This document shows positions 18,518-27,374 of a stretch of DNA of 64,000 nt, piece by piece. The notes beneath the pieces are model-generated. The model was not told the DNA's origin, ran no database searches, and worked only from the letters and a program-made list of their open reading frames with translations. Position 1 is the stretch's first letter. Each line of letters starts with the position of its first letter. The DNA is from an uncultured Gemmatimonadaceae bacterium (GTDB lineage: Bacteria > Gemmatimonadota > Gemmatimonadetes > Gemmatimonadales > Gemmatimonadaceae). The translations under genes were made by a program, and so were the position numbers. The stretch covers positions 1 through 64,000 of the forward strand of contig CAWFQK010000008.1 in assembly GCA_963817955.1 (NCBI GenBank), written 5' to 3'.

Positions 18518-19618
18518 TCACACGATGCCGGCGCCAGACCGATAGCGTAACCGCGCGACGATTCCGCCATGTATTTCCAGCCGCTGCTCGGCCTCGCCGG
18601 ATACCTCCTCGACGAGGGCATCTTGGTCGAGCGCTCGACGCACCGCTCGTTCCGCGTCCGCTGCGTGATCGGCGAGGTATCGCGGACTGATGTACAGTGC
18701 GCCGACGCACGACAGCTCCAGCGCGCGATCGGTCGCCACCGCTCCGACGACGCCAAGTGCCCCAGCCTCCGCCTGCTCCTCGATTGCGTCGATCTGCAGG
18801 GCATCCCAGGCGTTCCGAAGCGCTGAGGCACCAGTCCTTGCCACGTCGGCGATGTCGGCCGGAGTGGCATGGACATCGAGCGACGCCAGCCGCCCCACGC
18901 GTGCGGCAACGGGCGACAACAGTCTCGCCGCGTGGGCCACGACACGGGGTATGCCACCGAGCAGAATCCATCCGTCGCGGCCGGCGAGCGCAGTCGCGCG
19001 CTCGGCAACTTCGGCGAGCATTCGCTTCATTCCTTCGCGGCGCGACCGTTGTGCCACGTCGCGTCCAGCGGTGCCCCGCGCACCGACATGAAAGCCGACG
19101 CGTGGCGAATCTCCCATGTGCGACGGTGGCTCGACCACATGATGAGCATGCAGCGTCGCGACGTGATCCAACTCGCCCCATTGATAGCAATACAGCGACG
19201 CCTTCCTCGCGTCCATCACGGCAACGATGACCGGGCGGCTCTCCTTCAACGCTCGCATGTAGGGCGCGACGCACATTCCCGTGCTCCAGACGGCCATGGT
19301 CGGCATCGGCATGGGGACACGCTCGGCGTACTGCACGGCGTCGGACGTAATGAACGCGGCCCAGCCAAGCGCCCCAATACCCGCCCCAAACGCGCCGAGC
19401 TCGCTCTCGAGCCGGCGAGCGCAGTCCGCATACTCGGCCCGCTCCTCACGAGAGGAGTCGTCAAGCCAGGTCCTGAGATCAGCCAGGGCGTGATCCAGTT
19501 GTGCGCGCCAGCTTCGTTGGACCGCGGGATCGGTCGCGGATCCATCGAGGTACACGCTCAGTACACGAGCGCCGCGGTGGGATCGTTCGAGCATGACGAG
19601 CTCGCTGTAGCTCAGCAT
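18518..19618 (-). CDS. baeRF (bacterial archaeo-eukaryotic release factor / eRF1-like) family protein
   Basis: VLSVYLD at the N-terminus, WILLGG, eRF1 domain-3-like C-terminus (ALDQDALVEEV..GGIVARLRY). Confidence 0.7.
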   Translation of the reverse strand: MLSYSELVMLERSHRGARVLSVYLDGSATDPAVQRSWRAQLDHALADLRTWLDDSSREERAEYADCARRLESELGAFGAGIGALGWAAFITSDAVQYAERVPMPMPTMAVWSTGMCVAPYMRALKESRPVIVAVMDARKASLYCYQWGELDHVATLHAHHVVEPPSHMGDSPRVGFHVGARGTAGRDVAQRSRREGMKRMLAEVAERATALAGRDGWILLGGIPRVVAHAARLLSPVAARVGRLASLDVHATPADIADVARTGASALRNAWDALQIDAIEEQAEAGALGVVGAVATDRALELSCVGALYISPRYLADHAADAERAVRRALDQDALVEEVSGEAEQRLEIHGGIVARLRYRSGAGIV

Positions 19619-19826
19619 TGGTAGCTCCGCTGGTCAATGTCGTTCGCGAACACTGAGGATCACGCAGCACATAGCACACCATTGGGTACTCGAGCCGCGC
19701 CGGCCGGCGCGCGGGAGGCGCGCGTCGTCATTTCCCCCGCGTGAGGCACCCAATTGCCCGATGGATCGGCGCCGCCTCCAGCGCAACGTGAAAAGGGAAA
19801 CGCCACGAACCCACGCGACTGAGAAC

Positions 19827-22184
19827 ATGACGACCATTCAGACCACGCCCCGCGCCCCGAGTAAGGCTGCGCCCGCCGAACGCGCTGCCAGCGCGATGAT
19901 CGTACCGTTCGCCAACGCACGACGCACGGATACGCCAACGGTCGGCGGAAAGGGCGCGAATCTCGGGGAGCTGACCGCGGCAGGCCTGCCTGTACCGCCG
20001 GGATTCATTCTCACGATCGAGGCGTACCGACAATTTTACGAACGCAACGAGATCGGTCCGCGAGTGGCTGCGGAGCTGGAGCGTATCAATCCCGACGATC
20101 CCGCGGCGTTGGACCGCAGCGCCGGCGCCCTTCGTCAATTGATCCTCGACGGCCGTGTGCCCGATGCCCTGTGTGCGGCGATCGAGTCGGCATACGAGGC
20201 GCTCGTCCGCGATCAGACGCAGAACTCCCGCGTCGCTGTCCGCTCGTCGGCGACCGCCGAAGACACGACGCAGTTCTCCTTCGCCGGCATGTTCGAGAGT
20301 TTCCTCAACGTCTCTGGTGCACCCGCGCTCCTCGAGAACGTCAAAGCGTGCTGGGCATCGACGTTCGGAGCGCGCGTGCTGTTCTATCGGATCAAACAGG
20401 GCATGTCGCCGGAGATGCCGGTGGCGGTCATCGTGCAGCGCATGGTGGATTCCGAGAAGTCGGGCGTGATGTTCACGACCGATCCGGCGACGGGAGACGC
20501 CTCGCGCATCGTGATCGAGGCCGCGTGGGGCCTGGGCGAAGCCGTGGTGCAGGGTGCCGTGACGCCTGACCGTCACGTGCTCGACAAGGCATCGCTCGCG
20601 GCCCTCGTCACGGAGATTGCGGAGAAGGAGTTCCTGCTCACGCTGGACGAAGCGAAACAAACGACCGTTCGCATCGACTTGGCTGGCGATCCGCGCGCGA
20701 AGGCGCCGGTGCTCACCGCTTCCGAGATCGAGACACTCGGTATGCTCGCACGCAAGGCCGAAACCCATTACGGCGTGCCGCAGGACATGGAGTTTGCCAT
20801 CGCGGGAGGCAAGGTGTACGTGACCCAGAGCCGCCCGATCACGACGTTGGTGGCGCATCGCGAATCGAGCGCGCCGGCGACTCATGACGCACGTGCGGTT
20901 CTCGTGCGCGGCCTGGGTGCGAGCCCGGGACTTGCCAGTGGTGCAGTTCGCGTGCTCGACTCGCCGGCCGCCGATGCCGCGATGAGGAGCGGCGAGATTC
21001 TCGTGACCCGCATGACGTCGCCCGACTGGGTTCCGATCATGCGGCGAGCCGCAGCGATCGTCACGGACGCTGGCGGGATGACGTCGCACGCGGCGATCGT
21101 TGCGCGCGAGCTCGGGTTGCCCTGCATCGTCGGCGCGCATGACGCAACCCGCGTGCTCTCGACGGGCACCATCGTGAGCGTGGATGGGACCGCGGGCACC
21201 GTCACGAGCGGTGCGCGCGAACCACAGGCGGTGGGCACGGTTGCTGTCGGCGTTCCAGCGCCGAGTGTCGCGCCGGTGACGGCTACACGACTGTACGTCA
21301 ACCTGGCCGAACCTGAACGCGCGGCGGACGTCGCAGCGCGCGATGTGGACGGCATTGGCCTCCTGCGCGCCGAGTTCATGATGGTGGAAGCGCTCGAGCA
21401 TATGCATCCACGCGAGTTCCTCGCCACGCGCAGCGCCGACGAATTCGTACGCCGCATGAGCGAAAGCCTCCGGGTGTTCGCGCGCGCGTTTACCCCCCGG
21501 CCGGTCGTCTATCGCGCGATGGATTTTCGGTCGAACGAATTTCGCAATCTCACCGGCGGTGAGGCGTACGAACCGACTGAAGCGAACCCGATGATTGGCT
21601 ATCGGGGGTGCTTCCGGTACACCCGTGAGCCGGATCTCTTCGCCCTGGAATTACGGGCGCTCGCCGATGTGCGTCGCGATCACGACAATCTTCACCTGAT
21701 GATTCCATTCGTGCGCACCGAGCACGAACTGAAGACTTGCCTTCACCTGATTGATGAAAGCGCGCTGGGTGGCGATACGCGGATGGAGCGATGGATCATG
21801 GCGGAGGTGCCGTCCGTCGTCTACTGGCTGCCGCGTTACGCCGCGCTCGGCATCACCGGTGTGTCGATCGGCTCGAACGATCTCACCCAACTCATGCTCG
21901 GGGTCGATCGCGACAGCGAGTTGTTCGGGACTCTGTATGACGAGCGCGACCCGGCTGTCCTCGACGCCATTCGCTCGATCATTACCGAGTGCCGGCAGCT
22001 TGGGCTCAGCTGCTCGATATGCGGGCAGGCGCCCTCGGTGCATCCCGACTATGCCGAGCACCTCGTGCGGTGGGGGATCGACTCGATCTCGGTGAACGTC
22101 GATGCCATCGACCGCACGCGCCACAACATCGCGGTCGCGGAACAGCGGTTCGTGCTCGAGCGAACCCGAGCCACGCCGCCGTGA
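19827..22184 (+). CDS. ppsA: Phosphoenolpyruvate synthase
   Basis: VGGKGANLGEL, VAVRSSATAED, GGMTSHAAIVARELG (phospho-His), EANPMIGYRG, SIGSNDLTQL and SICGQAPS motifs. Confidence 0.93.
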   Translation: MTTIQTTPRAPSKAAPAERAASAMIVPFANARRTDTPTVGGKGANLGELTAAGLPVPPGFILTIEAYRQFYERNEIGPRVAAELERINPDDPAALDRSAGALRQLILDGRVPDALCAAIESAYEALVRDQTQNSRVAVRSSATAEDTTQFSFAGMFESFLNVSGAPALLENVKACWASTFGARVLFYRIKQGMSPEMPVAVIVQRMVDSEKSGVMFTTDPATGDASRIVIEAAWGLGEAVVQGAVTPDRHVLDKASLAALVTEIAEKEFLLTLDEAKQTTVRIDLAGDPRAKAPVLTASEIETLGMLARKAETHYGVPQDMEFAIAGGKVYVTQSRPITTLVAHRESSAPATHDARAVLVRGLGASPGLASGAVRVLDSPAADAAMRSGEILVTRMTSPDWVPIMRRAAAIVTDAGGMTSHAAIVARELGLPCIVGAHDATRVLSTGTIVSVDGTAGTVTSGAREPQAVGTVAVGVPAPSVAPVTATRLYVNLAEPERAADVAARDVDGIGLLRAEFMMVEALEHMHPREFLATRSADEFVRRMSESLRVFARAFTPRPVVYRAMDFRSNEFRNLTGGEAYEPTEANPMIGYRGCFRYTREPDLFALELRALADVRRDHDNLHLMIPFVRTEHELKTCLHLIDESALGGDTRMERWIMAEVPSVVYWLPRYAALGITGVSIGSNDLTQLMLGVDRDSELFGTLYDERDPAVLDAIRSIITECRQLGLSCSICGQAPSVHPDYAEHLVRWGIDSISVNVDAIDRTRHNIAVAEQRFVLERTRATPP

Positions 22185-22185
22185 G

Positions 22186-23190
22186 TCAATGCGCGTTGCT
22201 CATCCGTGAGTCCGGTGGACGAACGCGCCACGCCGCCAGCGCCGCGGTCGACTGCGCGCGGCGTAGGCGCGACAGCGCCTTTTCCTTGATCTGGCGCACG
22301 CGCTCGCGCGTGATCCCCATGAGGGCCCCGATCTCCTCGAGCGTCATCGGCTCGCTCTCGTCGAGCCCGAAGTAGAGCCGCAGGATCTTCGCCTCGCGCT
22401 CCTTCAAGTGCGACAGCGCTTCCGTGATCGACTCGGTGAGCGCCTTCTCGAACGTCTGCTCATCCGGTGTCAGGTTGACCGTATCGGGCAGATAATCGAG
22501 AAGATTGTTGTCCTCGCCAGGCGTCAATGGTGCATCGAGCGACAGATGCGTCTGGGAGATCGCCATGGTCGTGGCGACGTCTTCCTCGCTGATGTCCATG
22601 CCCTGCGCGATCTCCGCGTGTGTCGCGTCGCGCCCCAGCTCCTGGAGGAGGATGTTGGCGCGCTTGCCGATGCGATACAGCGTGCCCGCGCGATTGAGCG
22701 GCACGCGCACGATGCGCGACTGCTCGGCCAGCGCCTGGAGAATGGCCTGACGGATCCACCAGACCGCATAGGAGATGAACTTGATCCCCTTGGTTTCGTC
22801 GAATTTGTGCGCCGCGCGGATCAGACCGAGGTTGCCCTCGTTGATCAAGTCCGAGAGCGATACGCCTTGATTCTGATACTTCTTTGCCACCGAAACGACG
22901 AAGCGCAAATTGGAGCAGACGAGTGCGTCGATGGCAGCGGGGTCACCAGCGTGGAGACGCTCCGCGAGTGCGACTTCCTGCTCCCGCGTGAGCAGGTCGT
23001 ACGCCCGAATCTCGTCGAGATATTTCGACAACGGGTCTTGCTCGGCTCCGGAGCGCCGATGGCGGACGGTTGCGGCGCGCATGCTGCCTCCAGCATCATT
23101 CGACGGACGGAAGCTCGCCAGCGCGCGGTTCCGCGGCAGTCGGGGCGAACCCGAGACGCCATCGGGCAAATACGGACTTGGAGTTGTCAT
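22186..23190 (-). CDS. RNA polymerase sigma-70 factor, RpoD/SigA-like without region 1.1
   Basis: SNLRFVVSVAKKY, DLINEGNLGL, KFISYAVWWIRQAI and TLEEIG..TRERVRQI motifs. ATG 23190 overlaps the upstream stop; alternative start near 23082. Confidence 0.92.
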   Translation of the reverse strand: MTTPSPYLPDGVSGSPRLPRNRALASFRPSNDAGGSMRAATVRHRRSGAEQDPLSKYLDEIRAYDLLTREQEVALAERLHAGDPAAIDALVCSNLRFVVSVAKKYQNQGVSLSDLINEGNLGLIRAAHKFDETKGIKFISYAVWWIRQAILQALAEQSRIVRVPLNRAGTLYRIGKRANILLQELGRDATHAEIAQGMDISEEDVATTMAISQTHLSLDAPLTPGEDNNLLDYLPDTVNLTPDEQTFEKALTESITEALSHLKEREAKILRLYFGLDESEPMTLEEIGALMGITRERVRQIKEKALSRLRRAQSTAALAAWRVRPPDSRMSNAH

Positions 23191-24386
23191 TGTGCGGTCG
23201 TGCGGTGAAGAAGGCTGCCGCGTCCGCTGATGATGCGGGCGAACCGTATCCAGGCCGCGAGGTCGCGGGCATGCGTCCGCGCGCGCGTCATGAGTGGCGG
23301 GGTTGAGCCTTCGCGAAATACTTCTTTGTATCGCTCCGTCACGTGCCATGGGCGATCTGCACCGTGTCCAGAGTGTCGAGGCCGTATGCCCGCACTCCAC
23401 AGCAGCTCGGCGAGCTGTACCGAGGGGCACAGATCGAATACGGCTGACACGATGTACGCTCGCTCGAGCGCCTTGGTAACGAGTCGTGGTTGTGACGGAC
23501 GGAGCGCGGTGAGCACCTCCACCGGGACTGCGGCATTCACGAGTTTGCGTGACAGGGCGAGCGTCCAATACGCGGAGGTCGCCGCATGCGTCCGGCGCGC
23601 GAGGGGGATGAAGGCATCCCAATCGATGTCGCGCGTGGCCGCGAGAGTCGCGACGTCTCGGACGGCGCGGCCGATGCCGTGCACCAGCGAATGCGACCAG
23701 GCGAAGTGCACACAGAGATGCAGCAGTTGATGGAGATCAGACGGCACGTACGCGCGCGAGCTTCCAACACGCACCTCCGTCGCATCGTGCCACACGTCCG
23801 ACTCCGAGATGGCGAATGGCCCGGGATAGGGCATCATCGACCGGTGTATCTCGAGCACGATGCGCCCACCCGCAGGATCGACGAGCGGCTTCAGGTGATG
23901 GTACGCGGCGTGAAAGTCCGCCCCACCGTCCTGTTCGAAGCCCCAGCCAAGAACTCGCATGCGCGTCCATGCGTGAAGCGCCTGCTCGGGCGCCACGAGG
24001 ACGTCGAGATCGCTCATCGGCCGGCGCGCGAAGGACGGATACACGGAGTGCGCCAACGCGGCGCCCTTGAGCAGGAGCGACGGAATGCCTTCAGCGGCGA
24101 GCTGCGTGACAATCTGCTCGAGTGTGGCGCGCGTCGCCGCCATCCGAAACTCGATCACCGCGGTGCGGCGGCGCACGGCGCCTTCCAGGTCACGCGGCAT
24201 CGCATCGACCCGGCCACGCAACCCGTACCACATCACGGACAACATCTTTTCACGCTCGGCGATGTGCGCGAGCAGCTGCCAGTTGATGTCCGAGTTGGCG
24301 AGCGCCGCGAGCGGCGCCGTGTCGCCATCATCACGCGGTTTGATCGCCAGAAAGAATAGCTGTGCCTCTGGGGGAAGCAGCGTCAC
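23187..24386 (-). CDS. Nucleotidyltransferase family protein (NTP_transf_5-like)
   Basis: LLLKGAALAHSVY...RPMSDLDVLV, VLEIH and LLHLCVH motifs. GTG start at 24386. Confidence 0.85.
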   Translation of the reverse strand: MTLLPPEAQLFFLAIKPRDDGDTAPLAALANSDINWQLLAHIAEREKMLSVMWYGLRGRVDAMPRDLEGAVRRRTAVIEFRMAATRATLEQIVTQLAAEGIPSLLLKGAALAHSVYPSFARRPMSDLDVLVAPEQALHAWTRMRVLGWGFEQDGGADFHAAYHHLKPLVDPAGGRIVLEIHRSMMPYPGPFAISESDVWHDATEVRVGSSRAYVPSDLHQLLHLCVHFAWSHSLVHGIGRAVRDVATLAATRDIDWDAFIPLARRTHAATSAYWTLALSRKLVNAAVPVEVLTALRPSQPRLVTKALERAYIVSAVFDLCPSVQLAELLWSAGIRPRHSGHGADRPWHVTERYKEVFREGSTPPLMTRARTHARDLAAWIRFARIISGRGSLLHRTTAQ

Positions 24387-24394
24387 GGCTCTCG

Positions 24395-25195
24395 TCAGTA
24401 TTGAGTGAGCGTGCCCTGCGCGCGTGCGCGCCGGAGCGCAAACGATACCGCGACCGCTCCAAGCACGATGAGCGCCGCTGCGGTGCCCGCGAGCGCGACG
24501 AGATCCGGCGCCACCGCGGCAAGCGATGCGTTTTGCAGCAGCACGCGGCGGAGGGCGCGCAGGCCGTGGCTCAGCGGCAACACCGCGGAAATCGAGCGGA
24601 GCCAGGCCGGATTGGCGCTCGTCGGGTAATACACGCCGCCGAGCAATCCACTGATCATCAAGATCGCTTTCGGGAGCGGACCCGCCGTGCGGAACGCCAG
24701 GATCATGGCCGCGCCGAGCACACCCAATGGAAGGTGTGCAGCCACGATGAGGCCCAGGATCGCGATTGCGGGCAGCACTCGTCCGGGGATGATCGTGGCG
24801 CCGAGGAGTGACGCCGCGCCGACGAGTACGGCGGCACGTATCGCGGCAAGAACGAGGTCGAACGCATTCAGGCCTACGAGTAGCTCGATGAGCGACGTGG
24901 GTGTTGACAGGAGCGCCTCGAACACGCCGCTGTTGATCCGCTCGGCCACGGCCACGGGCAGCGCGTTCACCGCGACCGAGACCAGCGTGAACGCGGCAAG
25001 CCCCACCACGAGAAAGCCGAATGCGCTGCCGCCTTCCGTCTTGATGGAGCCGGCCATCACCGGTTGCACGGCTCCGGCTATGAAGTACAGCGGCACGACG
25101 CTCACGAGAATGCCGGTCATCGAGATGAGCGTCTGGACTCGATAGCTCCTCATCATTTGCCAATGCGCACGCATCAGCGCCAGGACGCGTGTCAT
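24395..25195 (-). CDS. ABC-2 type transporter permease
   Basis: ERINSGVFEALLSTP, LLGGVYYP and LPLSHGLRALR motifs; several TM segments. ATG 25195 is coupled to the ATPase stop. Confidence 0.88.
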   Translation of the reverse strand: MTRVLALMRAHWQMMRSYRVQTLISMTGILVSVVPLYFIAGAVQPVMAGSIKTEGGSAFGFLVVGLAAFTLVSVAVNALPVAVAERINSGVFEALLSTPTSLIELLVGLNAFDLVLAAIRAAVLVGAASLLGATIIPGRVLPAIAILGLIVAAHLPLGVLGAAMILAFRTAGPLPKAILMISGLLGGVYYPTSANPAWLRSISAVLPLSHGLRALRRVLLQNASLAAVAPDLVALAGTAAALIVLGAVAVSFALRRARAQGTLTQY

Positions 25196-26223
25196 GCGAC
25201 GCGCCCTCGTTCGACCAGACGTTCCACGAGATCGGCCAGTGACAGCGGGACGCGCGCAAATTCGGCGACGCGCACGCCGGTCGTCACCAACCGGTGTACG
25301 ATCGCGGTGGTGTTGGCGGGCGTGCCGTCGATCTCTCCTTCGAGCGACGTCCAGCCCGAGCCGATGTCGTCCGCTTCGGCGAACGTGGCCCAGCCGCACG
25401 AGGCGAGCGCCGCGCGCGCACGCTCATGGTCGGGCGCGGCGATGATTGCCCGGTATCGGTGCGCTCCGGCGAGATCGGCGAGTTCGCGCGTCGTGCCGGT
25501 CGCGACGACGCGGCCCTGGTCGAGCACGGCGAGACGATCGCAGAGCTCGAACGCCTCGTCCGCGTCGTGGGTGGCGAGGAGTACGGTGCAGCCCTGGCGG
25601 CCGACGACGTCTTCCTGAAGAAACCGGCGGAAGTCACGCGCGCTCACAGGATCGAGACTACGCGTCGGCTCGTCGAGCAGCAGCACCGACGGTTGTGACA
25701 ATAGCGCGCGCGCAATCAGCAGACGCTGCTTCATTCCCGACGAATAGGTCGCCACCATGCGGTCGCGGGCCTGTGTCAACCCGACGAGGTCGAGGAGCAT
25801 GCGCGCTCGATGAGCGGCGTCCGCGGTGTTGAGCCCGTACAGCGCGGCGAACAGCTGCAGGTTCTCCGGTCCGCTCAGCCGCCAGTAGAGACTGCGCTCG
25901 TCGGCGATCACGGGCGTGAGCGTCTGTCGCACGCGGCTCGCCTCAGCGACGACGTCGGCACCCGCGACGCTGACGCGGCCGGCGTCCGGGAGAACGACGG
26001 TCGAGAGGATCTTGAACAGCGTTGTCTTTCCGGCGCCGTTCGGGCCAAGCAGACCGAAGAACTCGCCGCGGCGCACGTGCAGCGAGACGCCGCGCAAGAC
26101 ATCAACGTATCGATGATCGAATGGGTGGCGGAGCGTCTGGCTCATGGACCGTCGCACCGCGAACCGCTTCATCAGCCCGTCGACGCTCACGAGCGCATCG
26201 TTCGAGGCGTCGTGGATCGTCAT
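25192..26223 (-). CDS. ABC transporter ATP-binding protein
   Basis: GPNGAGKTT, YSSGMKQR, LLLDEPT and ATHD motifs. Confidence 0.93.
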   Translation of the reverse strand: MTIHDASNDALVSVDGLMKRFAVRRSMSQTLRHPFDHRYVDVLRGVSLHVRRGEFFGLLGPNGAGKTTLFKILSTVVLPDAGRVSVAGADVVAEASRVRQTLTPVIADERSLYWRLSGPENLQLFAALYGLNTADAAHRARMLLDLVGLTQARDRMVATYSSGMKQRLLIARALLSQPSVLLLDEPTRSLDPVSARDFRRFLQEDVVGRQGCTVLLATHDADEAFELCDRLAVLDQGRVVATGTTRELADLAGAHRYRAIIAAPDHERARAALASCGWATFAEADDIGSGWTSLEGEIDGTPANTTAIVHRLVTTGVRVAEFARVPLSLADLVERLVERGRVA

Positions 26224-27173
26224 GATGACGCCGCGACGCCGGCCAACTCGGCGGCGTGCCACGACCACAAGGTGTCCGTCAGCTCATCGAGCCGATCGTA
26301 GTCGCGTGGAAGCTCGAGACGATAGACGGGGACCTGGGTGGCCAACGCCGAGAGCCGCTGGAGCAGCGTGGCTCGCAACGCTCGTCCAAGCAACGCGCCA
26401 ATCTTTGCCTGTCCGAGCAGCGCGAGCGTTGCGGGAACGTAGGGCAACCGTTCGCGACGGATGGTGCGGACGTTGTCTGGCCTGAAGGGCGCGAGCAGGT
26501 AGACGGCGGCGAACGGAACGGGCGATGCTGCATGACGGGTTGCGTCCCAGCCAATTTGCAGTTTGGGCGACGAGCCGTCGCCGCGAGCCGATGCGGATAC
26601 CCGGGCGACATGCTCGGCGGAGTCGTTCCAGAGTTGCACGACGGGCACACTCGGCAGCACGTGCGGGGCGTCGCCCGGCGTGACCGCGACGAGATCGTCA
26701 GCCAGCAACCGCCCGCCACGGTCGACGAGCGCTGCGGCCGTGGTGGACTTGCCGTGAAACTTCGGGGCAAGAAAAGCGATCGCCTCGTCGCCCACCTCAA
26801 CGGCGCTTCCATGCAGCGTTGTGATGCCTTCCAGCTCGAGACAGAGCGCGAACACGCGTCCGAGGACGTCCTTGCGCACCGAGTCGATATCCGGGTCGGC
26901 CGACGGGGTCCAGTCGATACGACGGCCGTCATTGGAGATGGCGAATGTACCGGTGTCGTCGAAGGCCAGGCGTAGCGAGTCCGCGCTCTTGTACAGCGTC
27001 ACCATGACGTTGGCCTCGACACGCTCGGACCCGAGCCACTCCAGCTCGGGTGGCGCGGGGGTGTCGGCGACGCGCGTGAAATGCCACTGCGGGTGTCGAG
27101 CCACGCAGGGCGTGAGCTCAGTGAATGTGAGATCGGAGCGAAGCACTCCGCCGAACACACGATAGTCAGGCAT
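26220..27173 (-). CDS. HPr-kinase-like P-loop kinase (lasso peptide kinase, PadeK/PsmK type)
   Basis: LHGSAV..IAFLAPKFHGKSTT..LLADD motifs; located in the lasso cluster. Confidence 0.8.
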   Translation of the reverse strand: MPDYRVFGGVLRSDLTFTELTPCVARHPQWHFTRVADTPAPPELEWLGSERVEANVMVTLYKSADSLRLAFDDTGTFAISNDGRRIDWTPSADPDIDSVRKDVLGRVFALCLELEGITTLHGSAVEVGDEAIAFLAPKFHGKSTTAAALVDRGGRLLADDLVAVTPGDAPHVLPSVPVVQLWNDSAEHVARVSASARGDGSSPKLQIGWDATRHAASPVPFAAVYLLAPFRPDNVRTIRRERLPYVPATLALLGQAKIGALLGRALRATLLQRLSALATQVPVYRLELPRDYDRLDELTDTLWSWHAAELAGVAASS

Positions 27174-27191
27174 GAGAGGGGGGCGGGTGCT

Positions 27192-27223
27192 GCGGACGAC
27201 GCCGGCAAGCCGACGTCGTCCGC
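27192..27223 (-). terminator. Strong stem-loop 3' of the lasso precursor (CUUG loop)
   Basis: Minus-strand GCGGACGACGUCGG-CUUG-CCGGCGUCGUCCGC with one G-U pair and no U-tract. Confidence 0.6.
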
Positions 27224-27231
27224 CGAATTGA

Positions 27232-27363
27232 TTAGGAGCGGGCGCCCAACGGACCATCGAGGAAGCCACTGCCGAGGATGCCGCCGTCCCCGTTCGCGCC
27301 GAAACCGACCAAGGTGAGCTCGCGCAGCGAGCCGAAACGCTGGACTTCTGGTTTCTGATACAT
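27232..27363 (-). CDS. Lasso peptide precursor (43 aa): MYQKPEVQRFGSLRELTL | VGFGANGDGGILGSGFLDGPLGARS
   Basis: Translated by hand. RBS GGAG; leader YxxPxVxxxGxxxxxT with Thr at -2; Asp at core position 8; lies between the cyclase and kinase genes. Confidence 0.88.
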   Translation of the reverse strand: MYQKPEVQRFGSLRELTLVGFGANGDGGILGSGFLDGPLGARS

Positions 27364-27374
27364 AAACACTCCAG

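Noticed and set aside
19728..21407. Long antisense ORFs (also 35652-36962, 36962-38419, 12821-13915)
   Set aside because: They are shadows of well-supported genes on the opposite strand in high-GC DNA and have no motifs.
24387..25259. Long N-terminal extensions in the ORF track (e.g. the 690-aa NTase, 478-aa sigma, 547-aa deacetylase and 571-aa ligase)
   Set aside because: They overlap neighbouring real genes in other frames and are Arg/Pro/Ala-rich GC artefacts. Coupled downstream starts fit better.
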